64,000 nucleotides of DNA from NCBI GenBank assembly GCA_036170915.1, contig JAVHQC010000022.1, forward strand, positions 319,420-383,419. The letters run 5' to 3'. Positions 36,993-47,055 of this stretch are shown piece by piece. The DNA comes from Cyanobacteria bacterium auto_48_18 (GTDB taxonomy: Bacteria; Cyanobacteriota; Vampirovibrionia; Obscuribacterales; Obscuribacteraceae). The stretch's first letter is position 1. Every line of letters begins with the position of its first letter. A program made the position numbers and the translations under genes. Below the pieces are notes generated by a model that worked only from the letters and a program-made list of their open reading frames with translations, was not told the DNA's origin and ran no database searches.

Positions 36993-38828
36993 TTGAAGAG
37001 TTCGCTCACTTCCATCCTCTTAGGTCTGGTGGCTTTATCTGGCTCAGTCAGCCTGGCTATGCCACAAGCTCAGGCACAACGCGAAGTGGTGGCAATGGGA
37101 GTGCCGCGCCTGGGAGCAACCAGGCTAGGCTCTGTAGCCCCGACCAACCTTTACCATGGTTCAAAAAATCGCTCCAAGAATAGTGCCAAATTTAGTACAA
37201 GAAGCAGCGACAAGCGTGCTGCCAAAATACAGCGTGGCGCTTACACAAAACTCGAGTGGGTGAAAACTAAAGAAGCTGCTGCTGCGGCGGCCGCTGCTGC
37301 CGCTGCCAAAAAATCGGTTAAAAATATACCGGTGGCAAAGCCAGTTCATGCTGGTGTGCCCTTCGCCGCGTCATCTACGAGAACAATCGGACCAGGTGTC
37401 ATATATAAGGTATACGCAGGCAAAACGCGCATCAATTTGATTGATGTAAATATGTCGGTGTCGCCATTGATGGTGCGCCCTGTGCCTGCCTCTTCAACTT
37501 TTCATGGCTTGAAAGACGTGCACGATCATGTGCGCGATTCGGGTGCTATTGCCGCAATAAACGCCAATTATTTTAAAGGGAATGGCACACCACTAGGCAC
37601 TTTGATGCTTGATGGAGAGTGGCTCTCCGGCCCATTATATAGCCGGGTGGCATTAGGATTTACCGATGGTGGTTATGCTCGTATTGCCAGAGTTGGCTTG
37701 CATGGTATTTTGCACACTTCTATTGCCGGCAACGAATCGCTCTGGATTAACAATGTCAATCAGCCCAGGAGCTCAGGCTCTCACTGCGTGCTTTACACCA
37801 GACGTTGGGGAGAGCGCGTTTCATTACCCTATGACGGCACACTGATTGCAGTTGACGGTAGCGGCGAAGTAATTGATCGTCACCCCAGATCAATCGCCAT
37901 TCCTTATGGCGGCTTCGTTCTGGCTGATTCTAAAAAGAGTGCGGTAGCAGTTCTCAGTCGCGGAGACAAGGTCAATGTCACCTGGAGTATTACTCCCAAA
38001 GAGTGGCACGATGTTACTCAGGCCGTAAGCGGCGGCCCGCTTTTACTGAAAAACGGCAAGATTGCTTTTGATTTAAAGGGCGAGAAGTTTCCAGCCAGTT
38101 GGACCGGCAGCAAAATCACTCGCCGCACGGCTTGCGGCATTACCAACGACGACCATTTACTGATGGCCACTTTCGAAGGGCCGCACACACTCTATGATGT
38201 GGCTAAATTTTTCCAGAGAAATAACTGCAGTGAAGCTCTCAACCTCGATGGCGGCGGTTCAACAACCATGGTTGTGAACGGCACCACAGTGACTCGCAAC
38301 GCCACCGATTCACAAAGACGTGTAGCTGTTGCGCTTGGTTTATTCTCTGAAGAAAAAGCAAAAAACATGGCCGCCAATTCGCAGTTTAGCGGCTATCGCC
38401 CTCATGATGATATCTCGTCTTTAATTCAACCGAACCGCGTGGCCAGTCAATCTGTGCAAGAAGCGGGGGCGCAATTGTCTGAGCTTACACCGGTCGCAAC
38501 AAAGAATCTTCCTGAAGTTGCTGTGAGCGCCATCAGCGAAAAGGTAGCTAACGCTCCTTATGTAGCTCCTGTTGAAGTTGATGCTCAAGTGAGCGATTCT
38601 TCCAACCATTCGGGCGCTGGTTCTAGCAGCAATTCGTTCACCGTCGGTCAGGTTGAAGCACCGGTAGCAGGGGCTGAGAACGCTGCCATCAAGTCGGTGG
38701 TTAAGTCTTCCGCTCCTTCAATTAATAAAGAATCTGCCTCCGTGAAAGCGAAAACAGACGAGCCTAAATCTGGTAAATTGAAGCCTGATTTCGGCAAGCG
38801 TCTTATCAAGGGGCTGTTCGGCCGCTAA
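36993..38828 (+). CDS. Secreted phosphodiester glycosidase (NAGPA-like) family protein
   Basis: Signal peptide; AAINANYF, SGGPLL..NG, RTA.GI and ALNLDGGGST motifs. Confidence 0.9.
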   Translation: MKSSLTSILLGLVALSGSVSLAMPQAQAQREVVAMGVPRLGATRLGSVAPTNLYHGSKNRSKNSAKFSTRSSDKRAAKIQRGAYTKLEWVKTKEAAAAAAAAAAAKKSVKNIPVAKPVHAGVPFAASSTRTIGPGVIYKVYAGKTRINLIDVNMSVSPLMVRPVPASSTFHGLKDVHDHVRDSGAIAAINANYFKGNGTPLGTLMLDGEWLSGPLYSRVALGFTDGGYARIARVGLHGILHTSIAGNESLWINNVNQPRSSGSHCVLYTRRWGERVSLPYDGTLIAVDGSGEVIDRHPRSIAIPYGGFVLADSKKSAVAVLSRGDKVNVTWSITPKEWHDVTQAVSGGPLLLKNGKIAFDLKGEKFPASWTGSKITRRTACGITNDDHLLMATFEGPHTLYDVAKFFQRNNCSEALNLDGGGSTTMVVNGTTVTRNATDSQRRVAVALGLFSEEKAKNMAANSQFSGYRPHDDISSLIQPNRVASQSVQEAGAQLSELTPVATKNLPEVAVSAISEKVANAPYVAPVEVDAQVSDSSNHSGAGSSSNSFTVGQVEAPVAGAENAAIKSVVKSSAPSINKESASVKAKTDEPKSGKLKPDFGKRLIKGLFGR

Positions 38829-38860
38829 ATTAATAACAGACTCGCTGCTGTGAGGAATTT

Positions 38861-39817
38861 GTGGCTGAAAAATTTGCGGTCGGTGTAGACCTTGGTGGCA
38901 CCAAAATCATGGCCGGAGTGGTTAATTTGGCCACGGGTCGCCTGATGGCCTCGGCTAAGAAAAAAACGCGTGTAATAGCTGATGGGCAAGACCTGGTCAA
39001 GCGCATTGCTACAGTTGTAGACGAAGCTATTCGCGACGCCGGCATTGAAACTAAAAAACTGGCTGGTATCGGTATTGGTGCCGCCGGTATGGTTGATAGA
39101 GAAAAAGGCATACTGCTGGCGGCCGCTAACATTGGTGCAAATGATGTTAATATCGCCGAGCCTTTACGCGATCAGTTCGGAATGAACGTCAAATTGGGCA
39201 ACGATGTCGAAGTTGCCACCATCGGTGAGCTGGCTTTTGGTGCCGGGCGCGAGTGCGATAACTTTATTTGTTTATTTGTCGGTACAGGCATTGGCTCTGG
39301 AATTGTCTATCACGGCGAAATTTTGCGCGGCTTTACCGGTACGGCTGGTGAAGTTGGACACATAGTGGTAGTGGCCGATGGCCGTGATTGCGGTTGCGGT
39401 AATTTTGGTTGCCTTGAAACTTACGCCTCACGCACAGCCATTGCTAGAAATTGCATGTACGACATCAATCGCGGATTTGATTCAGTACTGCGCGATAAAG
39501 TTGACCCCACTAAGGGCGGTTTACGCTCTAAAGCAATTGCACAAGCAATTGAAATGGGTGACCTTGTCGCAACAAGAGCGGTTGACCATGCGGCTTGCAT
39601 GATGGGTATCGGCCTCGCTACTCTCGTAAATTTCTACAATCCGCAGCGCATTATTTTGGGTGGAGGCTTGATCGAAGCAGTGCCTGTTTATTTCGACAAG
39701 GCAGAAGCTGAAGCAAGGCGTCGGTCTTTGCGTATTCCATCGCACAAAACCGAGTTTGTTCGTGCTGAGCTTGGTGATTATGCCGGTACAATTGGGGCTG
39801 CGCTGCTGATTCGGTGA
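38861..39817 (+). CDS. ROK family sugar kinase (glucokinase-like)
   Basis: GVDLGGTK, NDV, GTGIGSG and AGEVGH....DG..CGCGN.GCLETYAS motifs; no HTH. Confidence 0.93.
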   Translation: MAEKFAVGVDLGGTKIMAGVVNLATGRLMASAKKKTRVIADGQDLVKRIATVVDEAIRDAGIETKKLAGIGIGAAGMVDREKGILLAAANIGANDVNIAEPLRDQFGMNVKLGNDVEVATIGELAFGAGRECDNFICLFVGTGIGSGIVYHGEILRGFTGTAGEVGHIVVVADGRDCGCGNFGCLETYASRTAIARNCMYDINRGFDSVLRDKVDPTKGGLRSKAIAQAIEMGDLVATRAVDHAACMMGIGLATLVNFYNPQRIILGGGLIEAVPVYFDKAEAEARRRSLRIPSHKTEFVRAELGDYAGTIGAALLIR

Positions 39818-39832
39818 TTTGAAAGTGACTGA

Positions 39833-41455
39833 ATGTCTAAAATCACACTGCAACATTTGATTGATTTTTATTTGCGCATCGATTTGCGTTCACTGGCCCT
39901 CTTTCGCATTCTTGCCGCACTGCTGTTAATTCACGATTGGTGGGTGCGCCTGCCTGATTTAGGTGCTTTCTACACTGCGTCGGGAGTTCTGCCGGTAGAT
40001 GCTCTACCAAAAGCCGGCGGCATTTATCATTTTTCTTTGCTTGATAATTGCCAGACTTTGACCTCGGTGCAAATTGCTTTTGCGATTGGTTTATTTTTCT
40101 ATCTGCTGCTTCTGGTTGGCTATCAAACTCGTATTGCCAAATTTGCTAGTTTTGTTTTTTTTGCCAGTGTGTTGAGCCGCTCACTGGTACTGCACGCCAG
40201 CAGCCATCTGGTTTTGATAGTGATGTTAATGTGGTCTCTTTTTTTACCACTGGGCAGGCGCTTTTCGCTCGATCAGTATTTTGCTGAGCGTCGTCGCAAA
40301 AAAAATACAGATGCTCAAGACGTGTCTACCGGTTTTTTGACTTCTTCGCTCTGCGACCCAAGTCTGGCCGCTCTAGCTATGGTCGGCCAAATTGCCGCCA
40401 TTTATTTGTTCACCGCAATCGTCAAGTATGGAACGGCCTGGCAAGACCTCACCGCTCTTTATTATGCCCTGCAAATTGATCAGATGGTTACACCGCTTGG
40501 GCGCTGGTTATCCACCGCTCCGTTGTGGTCAATCAAGCTGGCCACGGCGTCGACACTGGCTCTTGAATGGATGAGCGCCTTTTTGATTTTCTCTTTCTGG
40601 TGGCAACCTTACCTGCGCCGCGTAGCGATTGGGTCTCTTGTTGTTCTGCATGTGGGCATCTGGTTGACTATCAATGTTGGTGATTTTTCACCGATTATGA
40701 TTTCAACTTACGCGCTTTTGCTATTGCCACAAGACTGGCTCTGGCTCTCTAAATTTTTTCCAGCACTGGGTGTGTTACCGGCGCAAGAAGAAATTATTGA
40801 GGTTAAGAAGTCATTTGTTCAGACACTACTATTGGTGCTAACTAATGCAGCGGTGGTTTTGATTGCGGCAGCAATTTTGCTCGACGCGTACAATATCAAT
40901 GTAGCAGGCAGGCTGAAACAGCCGAAACTCGTGGCGCCACCACTGTTAAAAGCGATTTCTAAAGCAGCGTTTCTTAAGCAAGACTGGCATCTTTTTGCTC
41001 CTGATGTTTTGCGTGACGACGGTTGGATGGTTGTGGATGGTATCACTGCTGCCGGTGAACACATTGATCCATTGACTGGTAAAGAGCCGACTTTAGCCAA
41101 GCCTGTTGATTTGCAAAGTCGTATTCCTTCCATTCTCTGGCGCAAATACTTCTATCGTTTGCAAAAGCCGGTGTTTATTGCCTATCGGCCATATTTATGT
41201 CGCTACCTGATAGAGCAGAGTCGCCTTAAATACAGAGAAAGTCCGCAAGATCAGATAGTCGCACTGAGTTTGATTTACTGCCGCGAAGTAACGCAGGCTC
41301 CAGGTGTCGAACAGCCTTTTGCCGTGGTGCCGGTGGTACTCTGGCAGGCAAGTTTTAATGACCCTGACAGTCTTGTTTATGATGGGAAAACCAGGCGGCA
41401 ATCAGCTAAAGATTCACGGCCTGAAATTGTGGATGACCAGGTAAACAGTGATTAG
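39833..41455 (+). CDS. HTTM domain membrane protein
   Basis: DLRSLALFRI, LPLG.RFSLD, Y....I.K.G..W, LH.GI and Q.W.LFAP motifs. Confidence 0.85.
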   Translation: MSKITLQHLIDFYLRIDLRSLALFRILAALLLIHDWWVRLPDLGAFYTASGVLPVDALPKAGGIYHFSLLDNCQTLTSVQIAFAIGLFFYLLLLVGYQTRIAKFASFVFFASVLSRSLVLHASSHLVLIVMLMWSLFLPLGRRFSLDQYFAERRRKKNTDAQDVSTGFLTSSLCDPSLAALAMVGQIAAIYLFTAIVKYGTAWQDLTALYYALQIDQMVTPLGRWLSTAPLWSIKLATASTLALEWMSAFLIFSFWWQPYLRRVAIGSLVVLHVGIWLTINVGDFSPIMISTYALLLLPQDWLWLSKFFPALGVLPAQEEIIEVKKSFVQTLLLVLTNAAVVLIAAAILLDAYNINVAGRLKQPKLVAPPLLKAISKAAFLKQDWHLFAPDVLRDDGWMVVDGITAAGEHIDPLTGKEPTLAKPVDLQSRIPSILWRKYFYRLQKPVFIAYRPYLCRYLIEQSRLKYRESPQDQIVALSLIYCREVTQAPGVEQPFAVVPVVLWQASFNDPDSLVYDGKTRRQSAKDSRPEIVDDQVNSD

Positions 41456-41510
41456 TGCGGGTTTTGGGCTTTGGCTGGGGTAAAGATTAAACGTGCTGGC
41501 TGCTAGATTC

Positions 41511-41547
41511 AAAAGAGAAAGAGGTGCCGCAGGCAAGCAGCGGCACC
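41511..41547 (-). terminator. Intrinsic terminator of the 569-aa repeat protein gene
   Basis: GGTGCCGC/GCGGCACC 8-bp stem followed on the minus strand by TCTTTCTCTTTT. Confidence 0.7.
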
Positions 41548-41555
41548 CCACCAAT

Positions 41556-43265
41556 TTATCGATTGTTCCAGCCGCCTCGGCCGCTTGCGCTGCCGCTTCC
41601 TTGCCAGTTGCCACCATAAGACAAACTAGTTGTAATCATGCTGTTCAGTCTGTCCATGTCGGCCGTAAGGCGCACAACGGTATCAGCAGGCACAACGCCA
41701 TTCGGATTTAAGCTTTGCAGTGAGAAGGAAATAGCATCTAATTCTCTGCGCAGATTTCTGGCCGAACGATGTGAGATTTTTCCACTGGCCACATTGGTGT
41801 CAATTTTGGCTTGCAACTCAGCTTTGCGCGTCGTCAAATCTTGCAGTGGGTTCACAGCGAGACGGTCAATTTTTGTGCTTAGGCGGTCCAGGTCACCAAT
41901 GATGCGCTCAGCTTCTGCGCGCTCGAGGTTTCCACCTGATGCGCGGAAAGCTGCCTCAACTGATGCTATCCAGGTGAGTGAAGAGTTTAGTTTGACTGCA
42001 TCGATGCTTTTGATCGTTCTTCTGGCAACGCCTTCATCGATACGGCGACGCAGAAGCTGTTGTTTGGCATCAATTTCAGGATATTGCACAGCAGTTGTTG
42101 AAACCGGATCTGCTTTTTCTCTTAATTCATCAGCGATGCTTTCTGCGCCTTTTTTCAGAACATCCATTTCATTTGGAGTGAGATTGCCGTCGCTGCGATA
42201 TGAGGCATAAAGTTGCTCAAGTCTGCGGTAGTCAGCTCTCAGGTCATCGGCTTCTACTCTGGTGATGCGGCCGGTCGCTAAAAAGCTGTCAATACTTCTC
42301 AAGGTTTCGTTTTGTTGGTTGTCGAAGTTCCAGTTTCCGCCGCCACCAAAACCGCCGCCGGCAACGTTACCGTTGTTCAGCGCCGCAGAAATTTTCTGAT
42401 TTAGATTTGTCAGGTCTGAGGCTAAAGTGATTGTTTCGTCTAATTGCAAGCCGTTGGCTCTGGCGCTTGCTTCTAGATTGGCTATGCGATCTGATTCAGA
42501 TTTTAATTGTTCGTATTCACGCCGTGTAATTCTGCCAGAAGAAATACCATCTTCTAGCCTTCTTGCTTGAGCACTTTGTTGACCATCAATACCAGGCCAG
42601 GCTTGAACGTCTCTACTATTGTTAGCAATCTCGCGTTTTATAGCGTCAAGGGCCTGATTTAAGTTGTTGCCTTCTTCAGCAGAAATCACGCCGTCATTAT
42701 TTTTGAATTGATTCTTGTCATTCCAGGCCCGGTCATATTGATTCTTCAAAGCACGAGCTTCGTTGATTGTTAGACGACCATTAGATAGATTGCGAGTGAT
42801 ACGTTGTTTGATATCAGCAAACGAACTTTCTATATTGTCAACATTGGTTGTGATACTGGCGTTAAGTGTGCCACCATTATTAGTACCGGAGGCACCAATT
42901 AGTCTAACGAGATTACTCTCTACATTGTTTAATTCAGCATTTAGCGATGCGGTTTCTATTGGGCCAAGTTGACCTCTAGAGCGATAACTAATCTCCATAG
43001 CTCTGACGCGATCAAGTTGAACTTTTAAATTTTGACTATCAGCTGGGCTCAGTCGATTGGCATTAATCGAGTCGATAATTCTGTTTGTAATCTGCGTTTC
43101 GCGCTGAGTGAATGGGTCAGACGCGCTCACTCCTGGAGCTGGTAGCAGTAAACTTCTAAACATATCGGTCCATTGATTTGACCAGGCAGGTTGAGGGGTA
43201 GCAAGAGCTGCTAAGCAGCAAGCTGTTAGTAAGGTTGGTCGTACTAATGATTTTTTAGCGAGCAT
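41556..43265 (-). CDS. Secreted helical repeat protein with six tandem domains containing G(R/K)(I/L)(T/S)xxEAxxL motifs
   Basis: Signal peptide; recurring NGRLTINEARAL, SGRITRREYEQL, TGRITRVEADDL and SGKISHRSARNL. Confidence 0.75.
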   Translation of the reverse strand: MLAKKSLVRPTLLTACCLAALATPQPAWSNQWTDMFRSLLLPAPGVSASDPFTQRETQITNRIIDSINANRLSPADSQNLKVQLDRVRAMEISYRSRGQLGPIETASLNAELNNVESNLVRLIGASGTNNGGTLNASITTNVDNIESSFADIKQRITRNLSNGRLTINEARALKNQYDRAWNDKNQFKNNDGVISAEEGNNLNQALDAIKREIANNSRDVQAWPGIDGQQSAQARRLEDGISSGRITRREYEQLKSESDRIANLEASARANGLQLDETITLASDLTNLNQKISAALNNGNVAGGGFGGGGNWNFDNQQNETLRSIDSFLATGRITRVEADDLRADYRRLEQLYASYRSDGNLTPNEMDVLKKGAESIADELREKADPVSTTAVQYPEIDAKQQLLRRRIDEGVARRTIKSIDAVKLNSSLTWIASVEAAFRASGGNLERAEAERIIGDLDRLSTKIDRLAVNPLQDLTTRKAELQAKIDTNVASGKISHRSARNLRRELDAISFSLQSLNPNGVVPADTVVRLTADMDRLNSMITTSLSYGGNWQGSGSASGRGGWNNR

Positions 43266-43300
43266 TTTTTTAAATCTCCGAATCTGCCATTAAGTTTTGA

Positions 43301-43327
43301 AGACGCACCGATTTGTAGTCAGGTTCC
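43301..43327 (-). promoter_or_regulatory. ECF sigma-type promoter
   Basis: Minus strand reads GGAACC-N16-CGTCT, about 35 nt upstream of ATG 43265. Confidence 0.55.
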
Positions 43328-43459
43328 CGAATCAGGTTTCGACAGTCGCACAAGTTTACCCCAAATATTCTGCCTACCCGGCAAACCAGAGCCCTATCTA
43401 ATTAGTTAATTGAAGCAGCCGTGCTTGCAAAGCAGTCGGCACTACCCATGGTGACTGGC

Positions 43460-44359
43460 TTAATCGATTGCTCGCATGCCAGTTCTCAAATTCAATTGTA
43501 AAACTGAATCTTTGTTCAATGGCTTTGATAGTTGAAAAATTAGTTCACAGTGATCACCTTGACTAGATGATTCAACCACAAAACCCTGCATTTCTTCAGT
43601 TGTGGCACAGTAGATTGAAACCCGCCCTTCATGCACATTGTAGGGCCCTGTGAGCGTCACCTTGATTTTGTCTGCGCCAAGTTTTTCAATGGCACAATCT
43701 AAATTGAGATTTTGCAATTGAGCGTCAACCAGTTTTTCAGGCGACTGCAATAAATTGAATTGCAACTGGACAAACTGGTCTTCGATCAGTACATAAAAAT
43801 CGGTCACCAAGGCAGCTACGGCGCCGCTTTTAGTCAGCCCCCAAAAGTCGCTGTAGCCGCCGTCACCAAAAGCTGAAGCAAATACAACCATATTGGCTTT
43901 GGTTTTTTTGTTCAGCTCGGCTACGGCAAAGTCGCTCCGGCTGCCCTCCAGCTGCTCGGCAATTTGTTCTTCAAAAATAGCTTCGCGTTCGTCTTCACTC
44001 ATTTTGCAAATTGCATCAAGGTCAGCAAAACAGCTCAGCCCACTGTCAACTGAATGTGCCGGAACGCTGTCATCATCGAAGTCGGCAGGTTCACCTGGCC
44101 GCAGGGCAATTTTCCAGGATACGACGGGGTCATCTAGAAAACGCACCATGGCAGCGCATACGAAATCTTCGCTATCGAGCTCAGGATCTGGTTGCAGTAT
44201 TGACAAGAGAACAGGATATTGACCTGGTTTTACTTTGCTGGTGAAGCCTTGATCTTTCCCTACATAACTGAGGCTACAAGGATCATGAGCCAAAAGTTTT
44301 CCACTGGGCGTGTTTAAAACTCCGGCTTGTACCACTGACACAGTAAAGCCTTCGCCCAA
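43460..44359 (-). CDS. DUF4241 domain protein
   Basis: L.TPSGKL.A.DP, V.PG.YPV.L, VDSGL.CF.D and F.S..GDG.Y..FWG motifs. True start uncertain. Confidence 0.8.
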   Translation of the reverse strand: MGEGFTVSVVQAGVLNTPSGKLLAHDPCSLSYVGKDQGFTSKVKPGQYPVLLSILQPDPELDSEDFVCAAMVRFLDDPVVSWKIALRPGEPADFDDDSVPAHSVDSGLSCFADLDAICKMSEDEREAIFEEQIAEQLEGSRSDFAVAELNKKTKANMVVFASAFGDGGYSDFWGLTKSGAVAALVTDFYVLIEDQFVQLQFNLLQSPEKLVDAQLQNLNLDCAIEKLGADKIKVTLTGPYNVHEGRVSIYCATTEEMQGFVVESSSQGDHCELIFQLSKPLNKDSVLQLNLRTGMRAID

Positions 44360-44436
44360 CCTGGTGAAGCGGCGCCCATGTTTAAATGCTTCTACGAAAT
44401 TCGTATGGACAACGATTGGCTAATACCCGCGATTAA

Positions 44437-45798
44437 TTAGACGAGCGGATTATAACTTAAGTGCACCGTATCAAAATATTGATAGGGGTAGCGTGAGACC
44501 ACTTGTCTGCTGGCCAGATCGTAAACCACCATGCCCCGGTGTGCCGCTACGAATCCTACGCATGATGTGCCTGGTATGTCGGCTACTCCGCGCAATTCGG
44601 CTATGCCGATGTCCGCCGCGTTAAGGACCTCAGCTTGATCTTTGCCCGGCTGATGAAGAATGGCGGTATCAGAATGATAGTAAATGCCGATGGCAGTGTT
44701 GGTCTTTTCGTTGTAGCCCACTGACTGGCTGCGCAGTTGATTGGCTTCGCTGGTGAGCATCACTTTGCGATCGCCGGTTTGAGTATTTACTCTCACAAAA
44801 GGCAAAGGCAAAGGTATTTTCAATTCTTGTGCGGCCTCATAAGGAATAGCAAATTCTCTTTTGTGACCGAGAACTTTTTCTAATTCCATATCGGCTTGAA
44901 TTAAGGCGTTGTCGTGGGCTTCGGCCACACTTTCAATGCTGCCGCCGTTGGCCGACTTTTTCGCCCGCCTTTTGCTTGAGCCTTCGATGTACTGGGTCAT
45001 GACGAAATATGCGTCTTTGTCTTTGGTGACATTCATGTGTGTAACCATGGCACCAAATTCAGGTTGTAGATAATGCCTTTTCACTTTCATGGTTTTGGCA
45101 TCGTAGACGGTTAGCTTGGTTTCAACAGTATTGTGCGTATAAGGTGGCTTGCGCACAAAAATGTCGCCATAGTGAGTGGCAATCAGCTCGTCGGTGCCTG
45201 GAATGATGTGAATTTCGTGGGGGTGTAAGCCACCACTGTCGATGCGATCAAGTAATTTGAGCGTTTTCAAATCGTAGATTTCATACTGCCCATGATCATC
45301 TACAGTTTTTGGATCTTCATAGCGCATGCAAAGAACAAACACACCGCGGTCAGGCAAGACAAGGCCGTGTCCGCCGTAAACATAATCGTTAGGTGAGCGC
45401 AAAGTGGCGAGTTCTTTGTGATTACCATCCACCACAATGCTTTTGCCTTTATGGTGAGCAACACACACGATCCTTCCATCACCCACTGCTAGAGCGCTGT
45501 GACCGGCACCCATTGGTAAGGGCGTTTGAATCATCTTGCCGCTGCCCATGTCTACAGCTGTGAGCACTGAAACCTGATTGCGATGTTTGCCCGAATAACC
45601 AGGATAAAGATGTCCGTCGGTACCGAAGGCTAAAAGCTGGCCGCTTAGTTTGCCTGAAGAAGCGGTGAGTTCTTGTTGCCCAGCCTGCGACTGCGAATTT
45701 GAAAGGGTGTTGTCACTGTTCTTGGCGCAACTGCCAAGCAATAGAGACGTGAGAGCAATGCCTGCTCCACCTAGAAAATTGCGGCGGTTAGTGTCCAT
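44437..45798 (-). CDS. Tat-exported (lipo)protein, DUF1513-like beta-propeller
   Basis: NRRNFL twin-arginine signal with LLGSC lipobox; YGGHG and GGLHPHEI motifs. Confidence 0.7.
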   Translation of the reverse strand: MDTNRRNFLGGAGIALTSLLLGSCAKNSDNTLSNSQSQAGQQELTASSGKLSGQLLAFGTDGHLYPGYSGKHRNQVSVLTAVDMGSGKMIQTPLPMGAGHSALAVGDGRIVCVAHHKGKSIVVDGNHKELATLRSPNDYVYGGHGLVLPDRGVFVLCMRYEDPKTVDDHGQYEIYDLKTLKLLDRIDSGGLHPHEIHIIPGTDELIATHYGDIFVRKPPYTHNTVETKLTVYDAKTMKVKRHYLQPEFGAMVTHMNVTKDKDAYFVMTQYIEGSSKRRAKKSANGGSIESVAEAHDNALIQADMELEKVLGHKREFAIPYEAAQELKIPLPLPFVRVNTQTGDRKVMLTSEANQLRSQSVGYNEKTNTAIGIYYHSDTAILHQPGKDQAEVLNAADIGIAELRGVADIPGTSCVGFVAAHRGMVVYDLASRQVVSRYPYQYFDTVHLSYNPLV

Positions 45799-45887
45799 AA
45801 TTGTTGTTGCATCTCACAGTCGCCCGACGCAGCCCTAAACTAAAGTAATAATAACATTTCTTTTTTCTGCTACTGCCGTGGCTAAGC

Positions 45888-46817
45888 TCAATTTACCCGC
45901 AGGCCAGCAAGTTTATGCAGGGAGCCCTGTTTGGTTCCGCGGCGCTCAAGTTCGCTCTCGATTTTTTTCATAATGCGCTCTTTTTCGAAGCACCATTCGG
46001 GGGCAATGATCTCGTCTCTTGACCCTTCGGCCACGAGGCGCATCACCACTGTTTCTTCAGGAATCAGCTCGAGAGCGTCCGCCACCAGGCGCACATATTG
46101 ATCTTCTTCAAGCAGGGGCAGTCGGCCAGCTAGATAGTCTTGCTCCATGGGGGTGCCTTTGTAGATGCAAAGCTGGTGGATCTTTATGGCGTCAAGTTTG
46201 AGATCGGCCACAGCTCTCACTGTCGCCATCATGTCTGCCTCTGATTCGCCTGGCAAACCGAAAATCAAGTGGGTAGCCAGCCTGAAGTTGCGCTTCTGGC
46301 AGCGAGTAACAGCATCAAAAAATTCTTCTGCCGTGTGACCACGATTAATGGCCTCTAGCGTGCGGTTGTGGATGGTTTGCACTCCCACTTCTAAAAACAA
46401 AAAGGTGCGCTTGTGATAGACCTCGAGCAAGTCAAGAATATTTTCGTCCAGACAATCTGGCCGAGTGCCAATGCAAAGGCCAACCACGTCAGGATGGTCA
46501 AGACCAACGTCGTAAAGTTCTTTGAGCACGCCTTCGGGGGCGTAGGTGTTGGTGAAAGCCTGGAAATAAGCGAGGAATTTATGGGCTTTAAAACGGGCAC
46601 GAATGCGAGCAATGCCGCTTTCAAGCTGGTTTTTGATGGAGAGCGCTGTTTTAATTGTCGGAGCGCCTGAGCCTCGCTCGTCGCAGAACGTACATCCGCC
46701 AAAGACCTTGGTGCCGTCGCGATTTGGGCAAGTAAAGCCGGCGTCAAGCGGCACGCGGTAGACGCGTTCGCCAAAATGCTGGCGCAGGTAGCTGTTAAAG
46801 GTGCGGTAATAACTCAT
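45888..46817 (-). CDS. TIGR01212 family radical SAM protein (YhcC/YtqA-like)
   Basis: GFTCPNRDG....GGCTFC, YFQAFTNTY, GTRPDC, INRGH and HLIFGLPGE motifs. Confidence 0.93.
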   Translation of the reverse strand: MSYYRTFNSYLRQHFGERVYRVPLDAGFTCPNRDGTKVFGGCTFCDERGSGAPTIKTALSIKNQLESGIARIRARFKAHKFLAYFQAFTNTYAPEGVLKELYDVGLDHPDVVGLCIGTRPDCLDENILDLLEVYHKRTFLFLEVGVQTIHNRTLEAINRGHTAEEFFDAVTRCQKRNFRLATHLIFGLPGESEADMMATVRAVADLKLDAIKIHQLCIYKGTPMEQDYLAGRLPLLEEDQYVRLVADALELIPEETVVMRLVAEGSRDEIIAPEWCFEKERIMKKIESELERRGTKQGSLHKLAGLRVN

Positions 46818-46929
46818 GTTACGTTAGCTTGCTTTGGCGCAATGCCAGACACCGAGCCGGCCTCAATCTCTTAAGGCGATTTCAATGGTACTACGATTGC
46901 CGCTATTCGTATGTTTCGAGTCAAGCTTG

Positions 46930-46959
46930 TTGACACTATTGTTTGCCGTTTGTTATTCT
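46930..46959 (+). promoter_or_regulatory. Sigma70 promoter of tRNA-Glu
   Basis: TTGACA-N18-TATTCT with an extended TG element. Confidence 0.7.
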
Positions 46960-46982
46960 ACGACCTGCTTAGCGCACAAGAC

Positions 46983-47055
46983 GCCCCCATCGTCTAGAGG
47001 CCTAGGACACCTCCCTTTCACGGAGGCGACGGGGATTCGAATTCCCCTGGGGGTA
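46983..47055 (+). tRNA. tRNA-Glu(UUC), CCA not encoded
   Basis: GCCCCCA/TGGGGGT acceptor stem, D-loop CTAGAGGCCTAGGAC, anticodon loop CTTTCAC and T-loop TTCGAAT. Confidence 0.96.
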
